Shown piece after piece: positions 49,132 through 58,906 of a stretch of 64,000 nt of DNA (positions within the stretch are counted from its first letter, which is position 1; every line of letters begins with the position of its first letter). Origin of the DNA: an uncultured Desulfospira sp. GTDB lineage: Bacteria; Desulfobacterota; Desulfobacteria; Desulfobacterales; Desulfobacteraceae. The stretch spans positions 5,600,001-5,664,000 of the forward strand of contig OY760175.1 in assembly GCA_963663165.1 (NCBI GenBank), read 5' to 3'. Below the pieces are notes generated by a model, which was not told the DNA's origin, made no database searches, and was given only the letters and a program-made list of their open reading frames with translations. Position numbers and translations under genes: made by a program.

Positions 49132-51528
49132 CTATTTACCAAGTTCCATATGACGTTTGGCTTCTAATATTCTATCACAAATTTTTTCTAGTTCTTCTCT
49201 TGAAACTTTTTGAGGAAGACACCATTCTGCAGAAATATCAAGTCGGCTTTGTCCAATTTCACCTTTTGCTTTGCGAAATGGGGCAGTATTTAATACGGAG
49301 ACTGCTTTGTCTTTTGCTTTCCCTAAATATTTGCTAACATTCCTTTGTTCGCCTTCTGATCGGACTTTTGAAATTTTGATTTTAACGAATAAATAATTTT
49401 CATCATTGCTAAAACTGAGGACGATATGTTTTGTCGGATCAAGGGGTTGTATGGAAACCTTTCTATCATAATCCTCAATCTGAATTTCTCCATCCCTTTC
49501 TAATATAACAGCCATCTCTTGAAGTATTAATGGATTAGTATTAGATACACTATCTGAAAACGTCATGTCGTAAGCAGCGCGGAAGGCTTCTACAGCAGAA
49601 GCTAAGGAGATTCTATCATCCTGTTTATCATATGTACAACTTGCTATTATTTCTGAAAGATAATGTGGAAGACAACGCCATTTGCAATTAAATTTATTTC
49701 TAATCATTCTAGTTGTCGTTTTTTTGTAGTCGCTAAAATTTTGTTCGTTTGGCCGAGGGTCGTTACCACACAAAATGAAGAATCCCAACATGCCATATCC
49801 AAATACATCGACAGCAGTATGCCTTGTACTTACCCCCTCTTTTAGTCCAGTGGCGGTTTGTTCCGGAGCTGCATATCCCTGAGCTCGCGCTCCATGAACA
49901 ACAGACCAATCTGATGCTCCTTTATGCCACGACAAATCGAAGTCAAGCACGACGACATCGATAGGATCTTCTGGGCCAAAAACATTCCGTAATATAACAT
50001 TATCAGGTTTTAGATCACGGTGAAGGACCCTTTCTTCCAAATTATGTGCCTTATGAACCACCGAGCCAATTTGAACAAGGATATCTAAGCAGATGGTTAA
50101 GTCTTTAAAAATCCCCCAATCTTTGGCTTGAGATAACGTGGGACCATCAATTATTTCCATGATGATACAAGCAGGAACTTCATAGGCATCTATTATTTTT
50201 ACCATCTTGCCAACATTTCTCTGGCTGAGTATTCTCATAGAACGGACACCTCTCCGGAAACTATTCAAATAATCTGAGTTATTCCTCACTTCTGGTAATA
50301 ACAATTTAATTGCAACCCGCTCTCCTGACACTATATTTTGTGCTTCATACACTTGACCAAAGGAACCTCGTCCTTTTGAAATCAAAGTTTTATAACCATG
50401 GAGCGTGTCTAATTCTGTTTCCGGTTCGACAAGCCATGCCATATGGATTGCCCTTAAATGTTCAGTATAAAATGTTTTAACTTTTTCGATATCTTCTTTT
50501 TTGGGGGTAGAGTCTGGAGGAATTAATTTGGCGATTGATTCGTTTAGTAGCCTTCTCGCCTCATCAACAGGCATCTTAATCAACTCTTCATCAGTTGGAA
50601 GCTCTTCATCAAAACTATGGATTTCTTTATCATAGACAGATGATGGAATATCGTCAGAGGGATAAAATGAAAGAATATCTTCTAAGCTTTCTTTTATTTC
50701 AGGATGAGTTTTTTCGTCACTAGGCTTATACGGAATAACAGCAAATCCCATATCACCATACTTTCTTACCAATCCAAAATTCGATTTTGGAAATAAAATA
50801 TAGTGTTTTGAGCCTAATTCGCTTCTTTCTGTCAACGCATCTTGAAGAAGGTAGGTGAAAGCAAAATCATCGGGATTGAATCCCATTATTAATAAATTTT
50901 TCGTATGACACAATGATCGCATAAACTGTTTATATGTTTCATTGCTCAGAAGATTCGTCCTTTCTTGATTGGTAAAAATCCAGGTTGAAGGATCTGATAT
51001 AATGCCATGGGGGTAGAAAACAAATTTTTGTGGCCCTGATAAAAATTGAGTGAATCTTGAGTTCTCTTTAGATGTAGAATAATCTACAGCGCGTTGGAAT
51101 GTTTTGGCGTAAGAATCAATTGAACACGTGTCCAAGTTAAAGGTTAGTATCCCTTTTATCTTAAGCTGCCAAAGAAGATTGTAAACTTCAGGAATTTTAT
51201 TGTGTTCTTCTAACGTCAGATGTTTTTTAATACAACTTTCATAAGCTTGTCTTGGTAAGATATGTTTGAGTTCGGAAAACGCGGTCCATAAATCATTCTC
51301 AGCGCCAACTGTTTGTAATTTTGTTTTATATCCATCTCTTTCAGATTCATCTATTCCTGAGATTCTATCCAAGGCATCTTTTACTAATCTTTCACGCAGC
51401 CCATTCCAAGTTGGCAAGTCAGCAACTCGAGAAATACCAGCCCCTACGATTGCAACGAAATCCATCGGATTTTCACGGATTCTTGAACGTAAATCAACAT
51501 AATCGGGATGGTTTTTATCAATACCCAT
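49132..51528 (-). CDS. SIR2-like domain fused to a Ser/Thr protein kinase
   Basis: VGAGIS..LPTW, LTFNLD, PHG, IMGF; kinase GRGSFGQVY, VAIK, HRDLKPDN, DFD, YAAPE. Confidence 0.85.
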   Translation of the reverse strand: MGIDKNHPDYVDLRSRIRENPMDFVAIVGAGISRVADLPTWNGLRERLVKDALDRISGIDESERDGYKTKLQTVGAENDLWTAFSELKHILPRQAYESCIKKHLTLEEHNKIPEVYNLLWQLKIKGILTFNLDTCSIDSYAKTFQRAVDYSTSKENSRFTQFLSGPQKFVFYPHGIISDPSTWIFTNQERTNLLSNETYKQFMRSLCHTKNLLIMGFNPDDFAFTYLLQDALTERSELGSKHYILFPKSNFGLVRKYGDMGFAVIPYKPSDEKTHPEIKESLEDILSFYPSDDIPSSVYDKEIHSFDEELPTDEELIKMPVDEARRLLNESIAKLIPPDSTPKKEDIEKVKTFYTEHLRAIHMAWLVEPETELDTLHGYKTLISKGRGSFGQVYEAQNIVSGERVAIKLLLPEVRNNSDYLNSFRRGVRSMRILSQRNVGKMVKIIDAYEVPACIIMEIIDGPTLSQAKDWGIFKDLTICLDILVQIGSVVHKAHNLEERVLHRDLKPDNVILRNVFGPEDPIDVVVLDFDLSWHKGASDWSVVHGARAQGYAAPEQTATGLKEGVSTRHTAVDVFGYGMLGFFILCGNDPRPNEQNFSDYKKTTTRMIRNKFNCKWRCLPHYLSEIIASCTYDKQDDRISLASAVEAFRAAYDMTFSDSVSNTNPLILQEMAVILERDGEIQIEDYDRKVSIQPLDPTKHIVLSFSNDENYLFVKIKISKVRSEGEQRNVSKYLGKAKDKAVSVLNTAPFRKAKGEIGQSRLDISAEWCLPQKVSREELEKICDRILEAKRHMELGK

Positions 51529-51792
51529 GGATTTATTCCTTTAAAAAATAACAAGTACTGAACGAGCCCGGTTATCATATTTGGTTTAATATCTAAACTA
51601 TCATGAAGAAATGATTGATAACTGGAGCGGCAATAGCCTTTATATCTGCTGAATTCGATATTAGCTTTATCAACATTTTGAAACTGTGTAAATAGAGAGT
51701 CCCAATTTGAATCCAGATACCATATCTTGTGGTCCGGTTCAAATCTCGAGATTACATTTTATATATTATAGAGGTTATTGAGGTGAACAAGC

Positions 51793-52089
51793 ATGAGTAC
51801 TGAATACGGCATTAAAGAATTAGAAAACGATTTTGGACCTTTGGCATTTGGCAAAGCGCTTGCTGCCCATAGAAAAGGCGAAGAAATGACCCAGAAGCAG
51901 TTTGCTGATTTTTTAGGCATAACATCATCCAGCCTTTGTGACCTGGAAAAAGGACGAAGAATACCGTCTGTAAAAAGGGCCGCTAAAATAGCGAAAGCCC
52001 TTGGAATGTCAGAAAAAACATGGATTAAATTTGCCATACAAGACATGATCCGTGAGGCTGAACTTGAATATATCGTGTCTGTCGCGTAA
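51793..52089 (+). CDS. XRE HTH protein (HigA-like antitoxin)
   Basis: MTQKQFADFLGITSSSLCDLEKGRR. Confidence 0.8.
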   Translation: MSTEYGIKELENDFGPLAFGKALAAHRKGEEMTQKQFADFLGITSSSLCDLEKGRRIPSVKRAAKIAKALGMSEKTWIKFAIQDMIREAELEYIVSVA

Positions 52090-52523
52090 TACATCATGGC
52101 AGAAAGCCCCGTGGGATGCCCTCCACCAGACTATAGTAAACGGGATTATTCAAACAACCAGCTGTATTTCAAGCCTGGCCCAACACATTCCCAGCCATCA
52201 TCAAGTAATGAGAGCCCTGTGGATCTGAAACTGATATCAGTTTGACGATCAATGATATTAATATTGCCATCCTGGTTGGATTGAAAGGCGACAGCTTCTC
52301 CATTCTTGTGCAACAGTATGAAATTATGTTGATTACAACATTATTTCTTCAAGTTTTCCCCAAGAAATTGCAAATTATTCTGACCGCTGATATGTGAATA
52401 GTCAGTTGATTAATGTATGGAATTCACATTGATTTTTTGACTGGAACCGATGCTAATGAAAAAAGTTGGGAAGGTACGTCTACGCCAATAGTCCCCCTTC
52501 CCAACTCACACAGGATATAAAAT

Positions 52524-53168
52524 ATCCAATATCAATTCGTTAACACATATACGGACATCTGGGAATACAAAGCTGACTTTTCAAACATAAATTTTCAAGA
52601 TTATGTCGGACATCAATGTCTTATCTGTGGGGAAGAAGGTTGCCATAAGCCCATCAGAGAATATTATCGTTACGCCATAGACCTGTTTCCATTTAAAAAG
52701 CAGAAAGTTCCAGTCCCCAGATTCTTATGCAATAAAACGGGTGGAACATTTTCCTTGCTGCCCAGCCAACTGATGCCTTATTGCCAGTACACGGTTGATG
52801 CCGTGATTGGCACCCTCATCAAAGTCTATGACTATCAGCAAATCGGACAAAAAGGATACCATGGCGCCAGCCTTGAACTTTTTCCTGATTGTTCAGTAAC
52901 ACCGTACCTGATCCAGACCTGGGCCGTATTGATAATGGCCGGTTTCCTTCGAGGTCATCATGTCCTCCATGAGAAATACCCCTTACCTGATTCAAAAAAA
53001 CCTGACTCAATGCAGATAATCGCAACGATTTATCTGTACCTCCAAAGCATCTCCGGCTCAGCCAGTCCCAAACCCTGCCAGGTGAAACCGGCCATACTGT
53101 ATCATTTCCACCAAACTGAAAAATTCATATTCGGGCGCTCATCCTGTGACCGCAACCGTCCTCCTTAA
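52524..53168 (+). CDS. DUF6431-like zinc-ribbon accessory protein, probable non-canonical ATC start
   Basis: Frame open from 52521: CLICG...RFLCNKTGGTFSLLPSQLMPY; AGGA 8 nt before ATC 52524. Confidence 0.65.
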   Translation: MQYQFVNTYTDIWEYKADFSNINFQDYVGHQCLICGEEGCHKPIREYYRYAIDLFPFKKQKVPVPRFLCNKTGGTFSLLPSQLMPYCQYTVDAVIGTLIKVYDYQQIGQKGYHGASLELFPDCSVTPYLIQTWAVLIMAGFLRGHHVLHEKYPLPDSKKPDSMQIIATIYLYLQSISGSASPKPCQVKPAILYHFHQTEKFIFGRSSCDRNRPP

Positions 53169-53337
53169 AAAAACACCGGGCATGTTCAGTATTCTGTTGA
53201 CCAGGGCAGCTCCCGGTATTTGGAATGAGATTTTTGGGTATACTCTGACACAGGATTGATAACACCTTTCTTTTCAGTGGGTTAAATTGCCGGTCATGAC
53301 AACGGTTTTTATCGGTAATCTCATTACAGGAGGTGTT

Positions 53338-54597
53338 ATGGACAACGAAACCCGTGAACAAATTGCTTTAATCCGTTACAAGTTGATCAGCCCTGTGTTG
53401 GCAGAGCCGGGAAGGGTACAAAATGAGTACTTTCGATCTCAGGCAGGCAAACACCATGAATTTCCACGCTATGGCAACCGGAAGGTCAAAATATCCACTC
53501 TGAAATCCTGGCTTAAAGCATACAGGAAGCATGGCTTTGAGGGCCTGAAGCCCAAAGTAAGAAACGATAAAGGCAGACCGAGAAAAGCCGGCCCGCAATT
53601 GATGGATGCCATCAGGGTTCAATGCAAAGCCTATCCCTATATTACCGCAAAAAAGCTTCATGAAATGCTTTCACAAAAAGGTCTGATTGGAGACCCGCCC
53701 ATCCATTACAATACACTGCTGCGTATCGTTAAAGAAGAGCAGCTACTGGCTTTCGGGAACAAACGCCGGGATGTGCGGACCAGCTTTGAAACCGATCATG
53801 TCAACTGCCTTTGGATCGGCGATTTCATGCATGGTCCCCTGGTGACTATAAACCGGAAAATGCATAAAGCCATATTGTGTGCGATCATAGATGACCACAG
53901 CCGGATGATCGTGGGACACGCTTTTGCCTCCACTGAGACAGTCCTTTCCCTGACCCTGGTATTGAAGGACGCCTTTCTGGCTTTTGGATTTCCGGAACGT
54001 CTGTATGTTGACAACGGGGCCTCTTTCAGCTCTGATTTCCTGGCCAAAACCTGCGCCTTGTCCGGCATATCACTAATTCACTCCAAACCCTATGATTCAC
54101 CTTCCCGAGGGAAAATTGAGAGGTTCTTTCGCACGGTCCGGGACCGGTTTTTGTCATCCCTTACCGAAAAACTGACACTGGAAGAACTCAACGCTGCATT
54201 CGACAGCTGGCTGCATGACGATTATCACCATAAACTGCATACCGGCATAGACGAACGTCCCATTGACCGTTACCACAGGTCTGTCAGCCATACCAATATC
54301 ACCCGGCCAGCCAAGGCGGAACTGGATGAAATATTTCTTGCCCGGTATGAGCGGGTCGTCAACAATGATTCCACCATCAGCTTTAAGGGGAACATTTTTG
54401 AAGTTCCCACCGCCTATATCCGGCAGCGTGTTGACGTTCGTCATCCAGTAGACGCGGACCAGGAACTGTATCTTTATGATAAGGATATCCGGGTTTGCCG
54501 TCTCAAATTCGTTGATAAACGTCAGAACGCAAGGACTTTTAAGCCCCATCAGGCGCAGGCCACTATTTCTTATGCCAGGGAAAAGGTGCAGAAATGA
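53338..54597 (+). CDS. DDE (rve/Mu-like) transposase
   Basis: LWIGDF, YVDNG, GKIERF; RBS aggagg before ATG 53338. Confidence 0.9.
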   Translation: MDNETREQIALIRYKLISPVLAEPGRVQNEYFRSQAGKHHEFPRYGNRKVKISTLKSWLKAYRKHGFEGLKPKVRNDKGRPRKAGPQLMDAIRVQCKAYPYITAKKLHEMLSQKGLIGDPPIHYNTLLRIVKEEQLLAFGNKRRDVRTSFETDHVNCLWIGDFMHGPLVTINRKMHKAILCAIIDDHSRMIVGHAFASTETVLSLTLVLKDAFLAFGFPERLYVDNGASFSSDFLAKTCALSGISLIHSKPYDSPSRGKIERFFRTVRDRFLSSLTEKLTLEELNAAFDSWLHDDYHHKLHTGIDERPIDRYHRSVSHTNITRPAKAELDEIFLARYERVVNNDSTISFKGNIFEVPTAYIRQRVDVRHPVDADQELYLYDKDIRVCRLKFVDKRQNARTFKPHQAQATISYAREKVQK

Positions 54598-55409
54598 AGG
54601 ACATCCTGGCCTGGTACGGCTTTAAACATTATCCGTTCGACAAAGAGATCAAAACCGCTGATGTCGTTGATACGCCGGTTTTTACAGAAACCCTTGCCCG
54701 GTTTGAGTATATGAAACGCAGGGGCGGCATCATGTTATTGACAGGGGACCCCGGCGTGGGCAAAACCACTGCTACCAGGCGGTTTGCTGACTCCCTTAAT
54801 GAAAGCCTGTTCAATGTCATTTATACACCATTGAGCACCCTTAACCGGACGGATATCCTCAGACATATCAATGCCCTGTTAGGATTGCAGAACAGGTTTG
54901 CCAAAAGCGCCAATTATCAACAAATTCAAAAAGAACTTCTCGACTCCAGAGAACATCGGGGACGAACGGTGGTTCTTATTATTGACGAAGCCCATCTGTT
55001 AAAACCCGGAACACTTGAAGAAATAAGGCTGCTGACAAACTTTAAAATGGATTCGTATGATCCCTTCCTGCTCATTTTATCAGGTCAATCCGATTTAAAG
55101 CGCATGATGAACTTTGCCGTCATGGAACCGCTGAATCAAAGAATTAGAATGCGATATCACATGACAGGATTGTCGGAGCAGGACACCAGCAATTATATTA
55201 TGTCACGACTTAAATGGGCCGGCTGTTCAATTCCTATATTTAAAGAGGATGCTTTAGCGGCCATCCGGGAATACTCATACGGTTTTCCAAGGCTGATCGG
55301 GAATATCTGCGAAGAGGCCCTGACCTATGCCATGTTCTGTGACCGGAAAACAGTGGATGCGGACATGATACTAAAAATTAAGATGACAGACGATCTAACT
55401 AGTGCCTGA
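54594..55409 (+). CDS. ExeA-like AAA+ ATPase
   Basis: YGFKHYPF, GDPGVGKT, LIIDEAH; ATGA overlap. Confidence 0.9.
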   Translation: MKDILAWYGFKHYPFDKEIKTADVVDTPVFTETLARFEYMKRRGGIMLLTGDPGVGKTTATRRFADSLNESLFNVIYTPLSTLNRTDILRHINALLGLQNRFAKSANYQQIQKELLDSREHRGRTVVLIIDEAHLLKPGTLEEIRLLTNFKMDSYDPFLLILSGQSDLKRMMNFAVMEPLNQRIRMRYHMTGLSEQDTSNYIMSRLKWAGCSIPIFKEDALAAIREYSYGFPRLIGNICEEALTYAMFCDRKTVDADMILKIKMTDDLTSA

Positions 55410-57279
55410 CCGGAAACCCCGATTTTGAAATTTTCAGGGGGTCGATGTTTGACAAAACCTTAAATCTTTGTTGTTCCTGTCATCACAAACCGGGAGAAAT
55501 GCTTCCATCTCTGCCGGTTTTCGGCAACTTTCTCCTTTTCCGGACGCAACTGTAGTGTTTGCCGTGTTTTTTTTAAGCAATGGCCTGTTTTAAGCTGCTT
55601 TGCGCTGTTCAGACCCTTGCAGCTTTTTTAATCCCTTTTGTTGTATGTGATGCCCGATGATCTGGAGATTTCTTGCCAAAACCGACAGGCTCACATACCT
55701 CTTAAACCCTTGAATGCCATGATCCGGGCATCTGTCAAGACCATGATTTTCCAGTCCGTTTATGGCAGATTCCACCGCTGAATGTTTTCTTTTAAAACGA
55801 ATGAAATCTTCCGCTGTTTCTTCTTCATATTCCGCCTTGTTGCATCTGCCTTTTTTCGGAAGCACCAAAATATCCAATCTGCCCTTCAGGTCATTTTTGT
55901 TGCCTGGAGAGTAAAACCCTTTATCAAAACTGCATCCTTTGAGATCAGAAAATTTGCTTTGTGCCAATGTTACCATCGCAACGGCGACTTTATCATCGGT
56001 TTCTTTCTCCATCACCCGGTGGTGCAGGATAAAGCCATATTGGTCCTCCAGGATACATACCCGCAAGCCCAATTCCTGGGGAACACCGGCCTTGCCTTTT
56101 GAAATCCACTCCGTGTGGGGTTCGAAAATCGAAAAAATCTTGTCTTCATGGGGGATCTTTTCATCCTGTAACACCCGGCGTTTGATCAAATCAATTTGCC
56201 AAAGTGCGTAGTTGATATATGTTTGTAATTCTTCAGCTCGGGCTGCACATATAATATCGGATGCCGGTATCATTTCCACGGTCAATCGCGCCTTTTGAAT
56301 ATATTTTTCAGCAAGCTTGATATATGCTGTATGGGCATCCATAATTTGCTGGACTCTTTTGGCCTTTTTCTTTTCATCCTTTGATGTGGAATGTTTCAAA
56401 CGCTGGACTATTCGATAAAGCTTTTTAAATGCTTTAATATTATACGCTGATTGCCGCCACATACTCGTTCCAATGTCCTGGCTGATAATAGCGGCAATTT
56501 GAATCATTTTTCGGACTGCATCAAAAAGCAGGTTGATATCTGTGGGATAATGAACATTGGTTTCTACAACGAATGAATCACACCGCCCAATCAAGGCTCC
56601 ATCGTCCGAAGTTTTTTTTTCATCAGAAGTTTATGGCCTTCTTGCACAACCAGAGTGTTGATTTTGTCAAGAATATCTGGGGTCATAAGCCTGACATTAT
56701 CTTTCAGGGTCTGAAGGGGGTAGGCGATATCATTGTCCATCATGCCATGCCCCAGCATCTGCCTTATTGTTTTGTGGTTGTTCACCATTTCCTGGAGTTT
56801 ATCATAATCCCAATTGCAATTGAGCCGAATGACGCCCATTACAAGGATCTTCCACAGGTCCATACCGGGACGTCCATTTTTAGAATCGGTACTTTCTGGG
56901 ATCATGTCCGTGAGGATATCAAAAACTTTTTGTCGAAGACTCTGGTCGCAATAGATATGTTGGAGTCCCAAAAGAAGTTTGGGGATTTCATCCCTGGCTC
57001 TCATATCAATTTTAATTTGATCGATAGGGGTCTGCCCGAATGTCATCTGTAGTTCAAAAATTTTACGCAAAACGACCTCGAAGTTCTGATGGAATGTTGA
57101 AGTTTGAATTACTATTGGCTTGTCTCACAAAACATAAATCCTATATAATTTTATAGGGTTAGATTAACATAGTAATTAGTAAAAAGCAACAAGTAATTCA
57201 TATCACAACAGAAACTTCAAACGAATTTCAGCCCAGATACCCCTGGAAAATATGATGGTTCCAATTTCCGGTCAGGCAC
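55402..57279 (-). mobile_element. 1878-bp IS (ISNCY/IS5-like DDE)
   Basis: 15-bp TIRs GTGCCTGACCGGAAA; 6-bp TSD TAACTA at 55396-55401 and 57280-57285. Confidence 0.93.
55590..57070 (-). CDS. IS transposase split by a -1 frameshift at an A9 run
   Basis: ORFs 56591-57070 and 55590-56594; A9 at 56612-56620; DSFVVET, FDKGF, VESAIN. Confidence 0.85.
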
Positions 57280-57795
57280 TAACTACAAATTAACAGTTTC
57301 GGTGAAACGGAGTCAGGATATCCTGGGGAGGAAACCTGACAAGGGATAGCCGGAAGCAGGCCGCATTGAATAATGCGCCGGGGGAAGTGGGGAAATCCTG
57401 CTTCCCCTTTCTGTATTATTCAAGTGGCTCTGCCCATGCCTTAAAAAACCCACTTCGGATGAGCGAAGCGAATCCATGCTTAAAAGTTTCGGTCAGGATA
57501 ATCATGTGAAAAGGCGGGTGGACTTCAACCTTTTTTGATAACAGAGGGAACACTTACTGACATTCTCGGTCAAAATTATTGGCTCAACCGAAAACAGCAT
57601 AAAATTCAAATCAACAATTATTGGCCCCTTTTTGAAAGAGCCGCTGTAAGCCTGCTTGTGGATAATCATCCTTATTCATCGTTAATTTGCACACCCGTCG
57701 GGGTTACCGACTCTTGCGGGTTTTCAATTTTCAAAGAAAGAGGTTTTTGACTTCGCCTTGACGGCGCCAGAGTATGCCCTTGTTACGTGAACAAG

Positions 57796-58002
57796 CTAAA
57801 ATATTTTGCGCTTGAATATAATCAAGGAGGCAATGGTCAGCCCGGCAAAAAGAATGGTTTTAAACGGGGCGGACTCTTTTACCGGTGGCGCTGCCGGTCT
57901 GGCCCTTGGTGTTTCCGCCTTTTCAATGGATGGCTCAGGCGGCAGGGTTTCTTCATTTTCTACAGGGTCCGGCTCCAATGTCAGTTTGGCTCGTTTTACC
58001 AT
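57796..58002 (-). CDS. Small ParA-partner protein with C-terminal TM helix
   Basis: Overlaps the parA stop; basic N-terminus, Pro/Glu linker, ILFAGLTIASLIIF-KRK. Confidence 0.7.
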   Translation of the reverse strand: MVKRAKLTLEPDPVENEETLPPEPSIEKAETPRARPAAPPVKESAPFKTILFAGLTIASLIIFKRKIF

Positions 58003-58628
58003 AATTTTTCCTCCAGCCAGTGGAATAATGTTTTGATTTCTAACGCCGCTTTCCCGGTCTTGTCAAACTCGGAAACGGCCCTTCCGTCAATCAGGGAATG
58101 GCTGAACGCCACCCGGTTGGACAGGGCTGTGGGCGCCACGGGCAGACCATAGACCCCCAGCGCATCCCGGGCTTCGGTTACGATGGCGCGCTCTCCTTTT
58201 GGACCGGGGAAGGGGCAGCCATTAAGGACAATTGCCCCGTTTGTGCCTGCCGATTTAACAATGTCAACGGATCTTCTTATGGCCTCAAGGTCCAGGATGG
58301 CCGGCCGGGTGGGGATCAGGACAAGATCTGCAGCCTTGGCCGCTACCAGGGAATCTTCCCGGGAATGGGGGGCGGTATCAATGATCAGAAGGTCGGTGTC
58401 CCGGGCCTGCAAATCCGATATGGCCTGGTCCAGGTCGTGGGATTGGATCCCCAGAACCTTTGGGTACTCAGCTTCCCGCCGTTTCTTCCAGAACAGGGCG
58501 CTTTGCTGGGGGTCCATATCGGCAATAGCGGTTTTTTTGCCGGTGGCCATTGCCAGAACCGCCATATGAATGGAAAGGGTGGTTTTTCCGGTGCCGCCCT
58601 TTTGGGCTAAAAGGGTAAGAATTTGCAT
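57996..58628 (-). CDS. parA: ParA-family ATPase (short, ParF-like)
   Basis: QKGGTGKTT, DMDPQ, IIDTAP. Confidence 0.9.
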   Translation of the reverse strand: MQILTLLAQKGGTGKTTLSIHMAVLAMATGKKTAIADMDPQQSALFWKKRREAEYPKVLGIQSHDLDQAISDLQARDTDLLIIDTAPHSREDSLVAAKAADLVLIPTRPAILDLEAIRRSVDIVKSAGTNGAIVLNGCPFPGPKGERAIVTEARDALGVYGLPVAPTALSNRVAFSHSLIDGRAVSEFDKTGKAALEIKTLFHWLEEKLW

Positions 58629-58906
58629 GGTCAGGTCCCTTTTGGGGGTTGAGTTTTGGCTTATTACTGTACCTTTTCTTGAACTTTATTGCAATTGCAG
58701 GCTGGGAGAGGAGGAAAGTGGGCAGGTGGGAAAGTGAGAGCGTGAGAATGGGGCGCATAGACAGTGGTGCTGCCGTTTTGTCTTTGGGGTGGAATCCTGA
58801 AGGCGCCGTGAAAACATGTTCTTAAGTTTCTGTTTTTTAAAGGTATGCCTGTTCCAGCGCCTCAGGATGTGTTTTTAAACGTACTAGATTAAGGTCATCT
58901 CTCTTA

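Larger units (their letters stand above)
52327..57616 (+). mobile_element. TG...CA transposon (Zn-finger + DDE + ExeA-like ATPase), 3406 bp once the nested IS is removed
   Basis: TIRs TGTTGATTACAACATTAT vs (rc) TGTTGATTTGAATTTTAT, 14/18 match; ATTA at 52323-52326 and 57617-57620. Confidence 0.8.
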
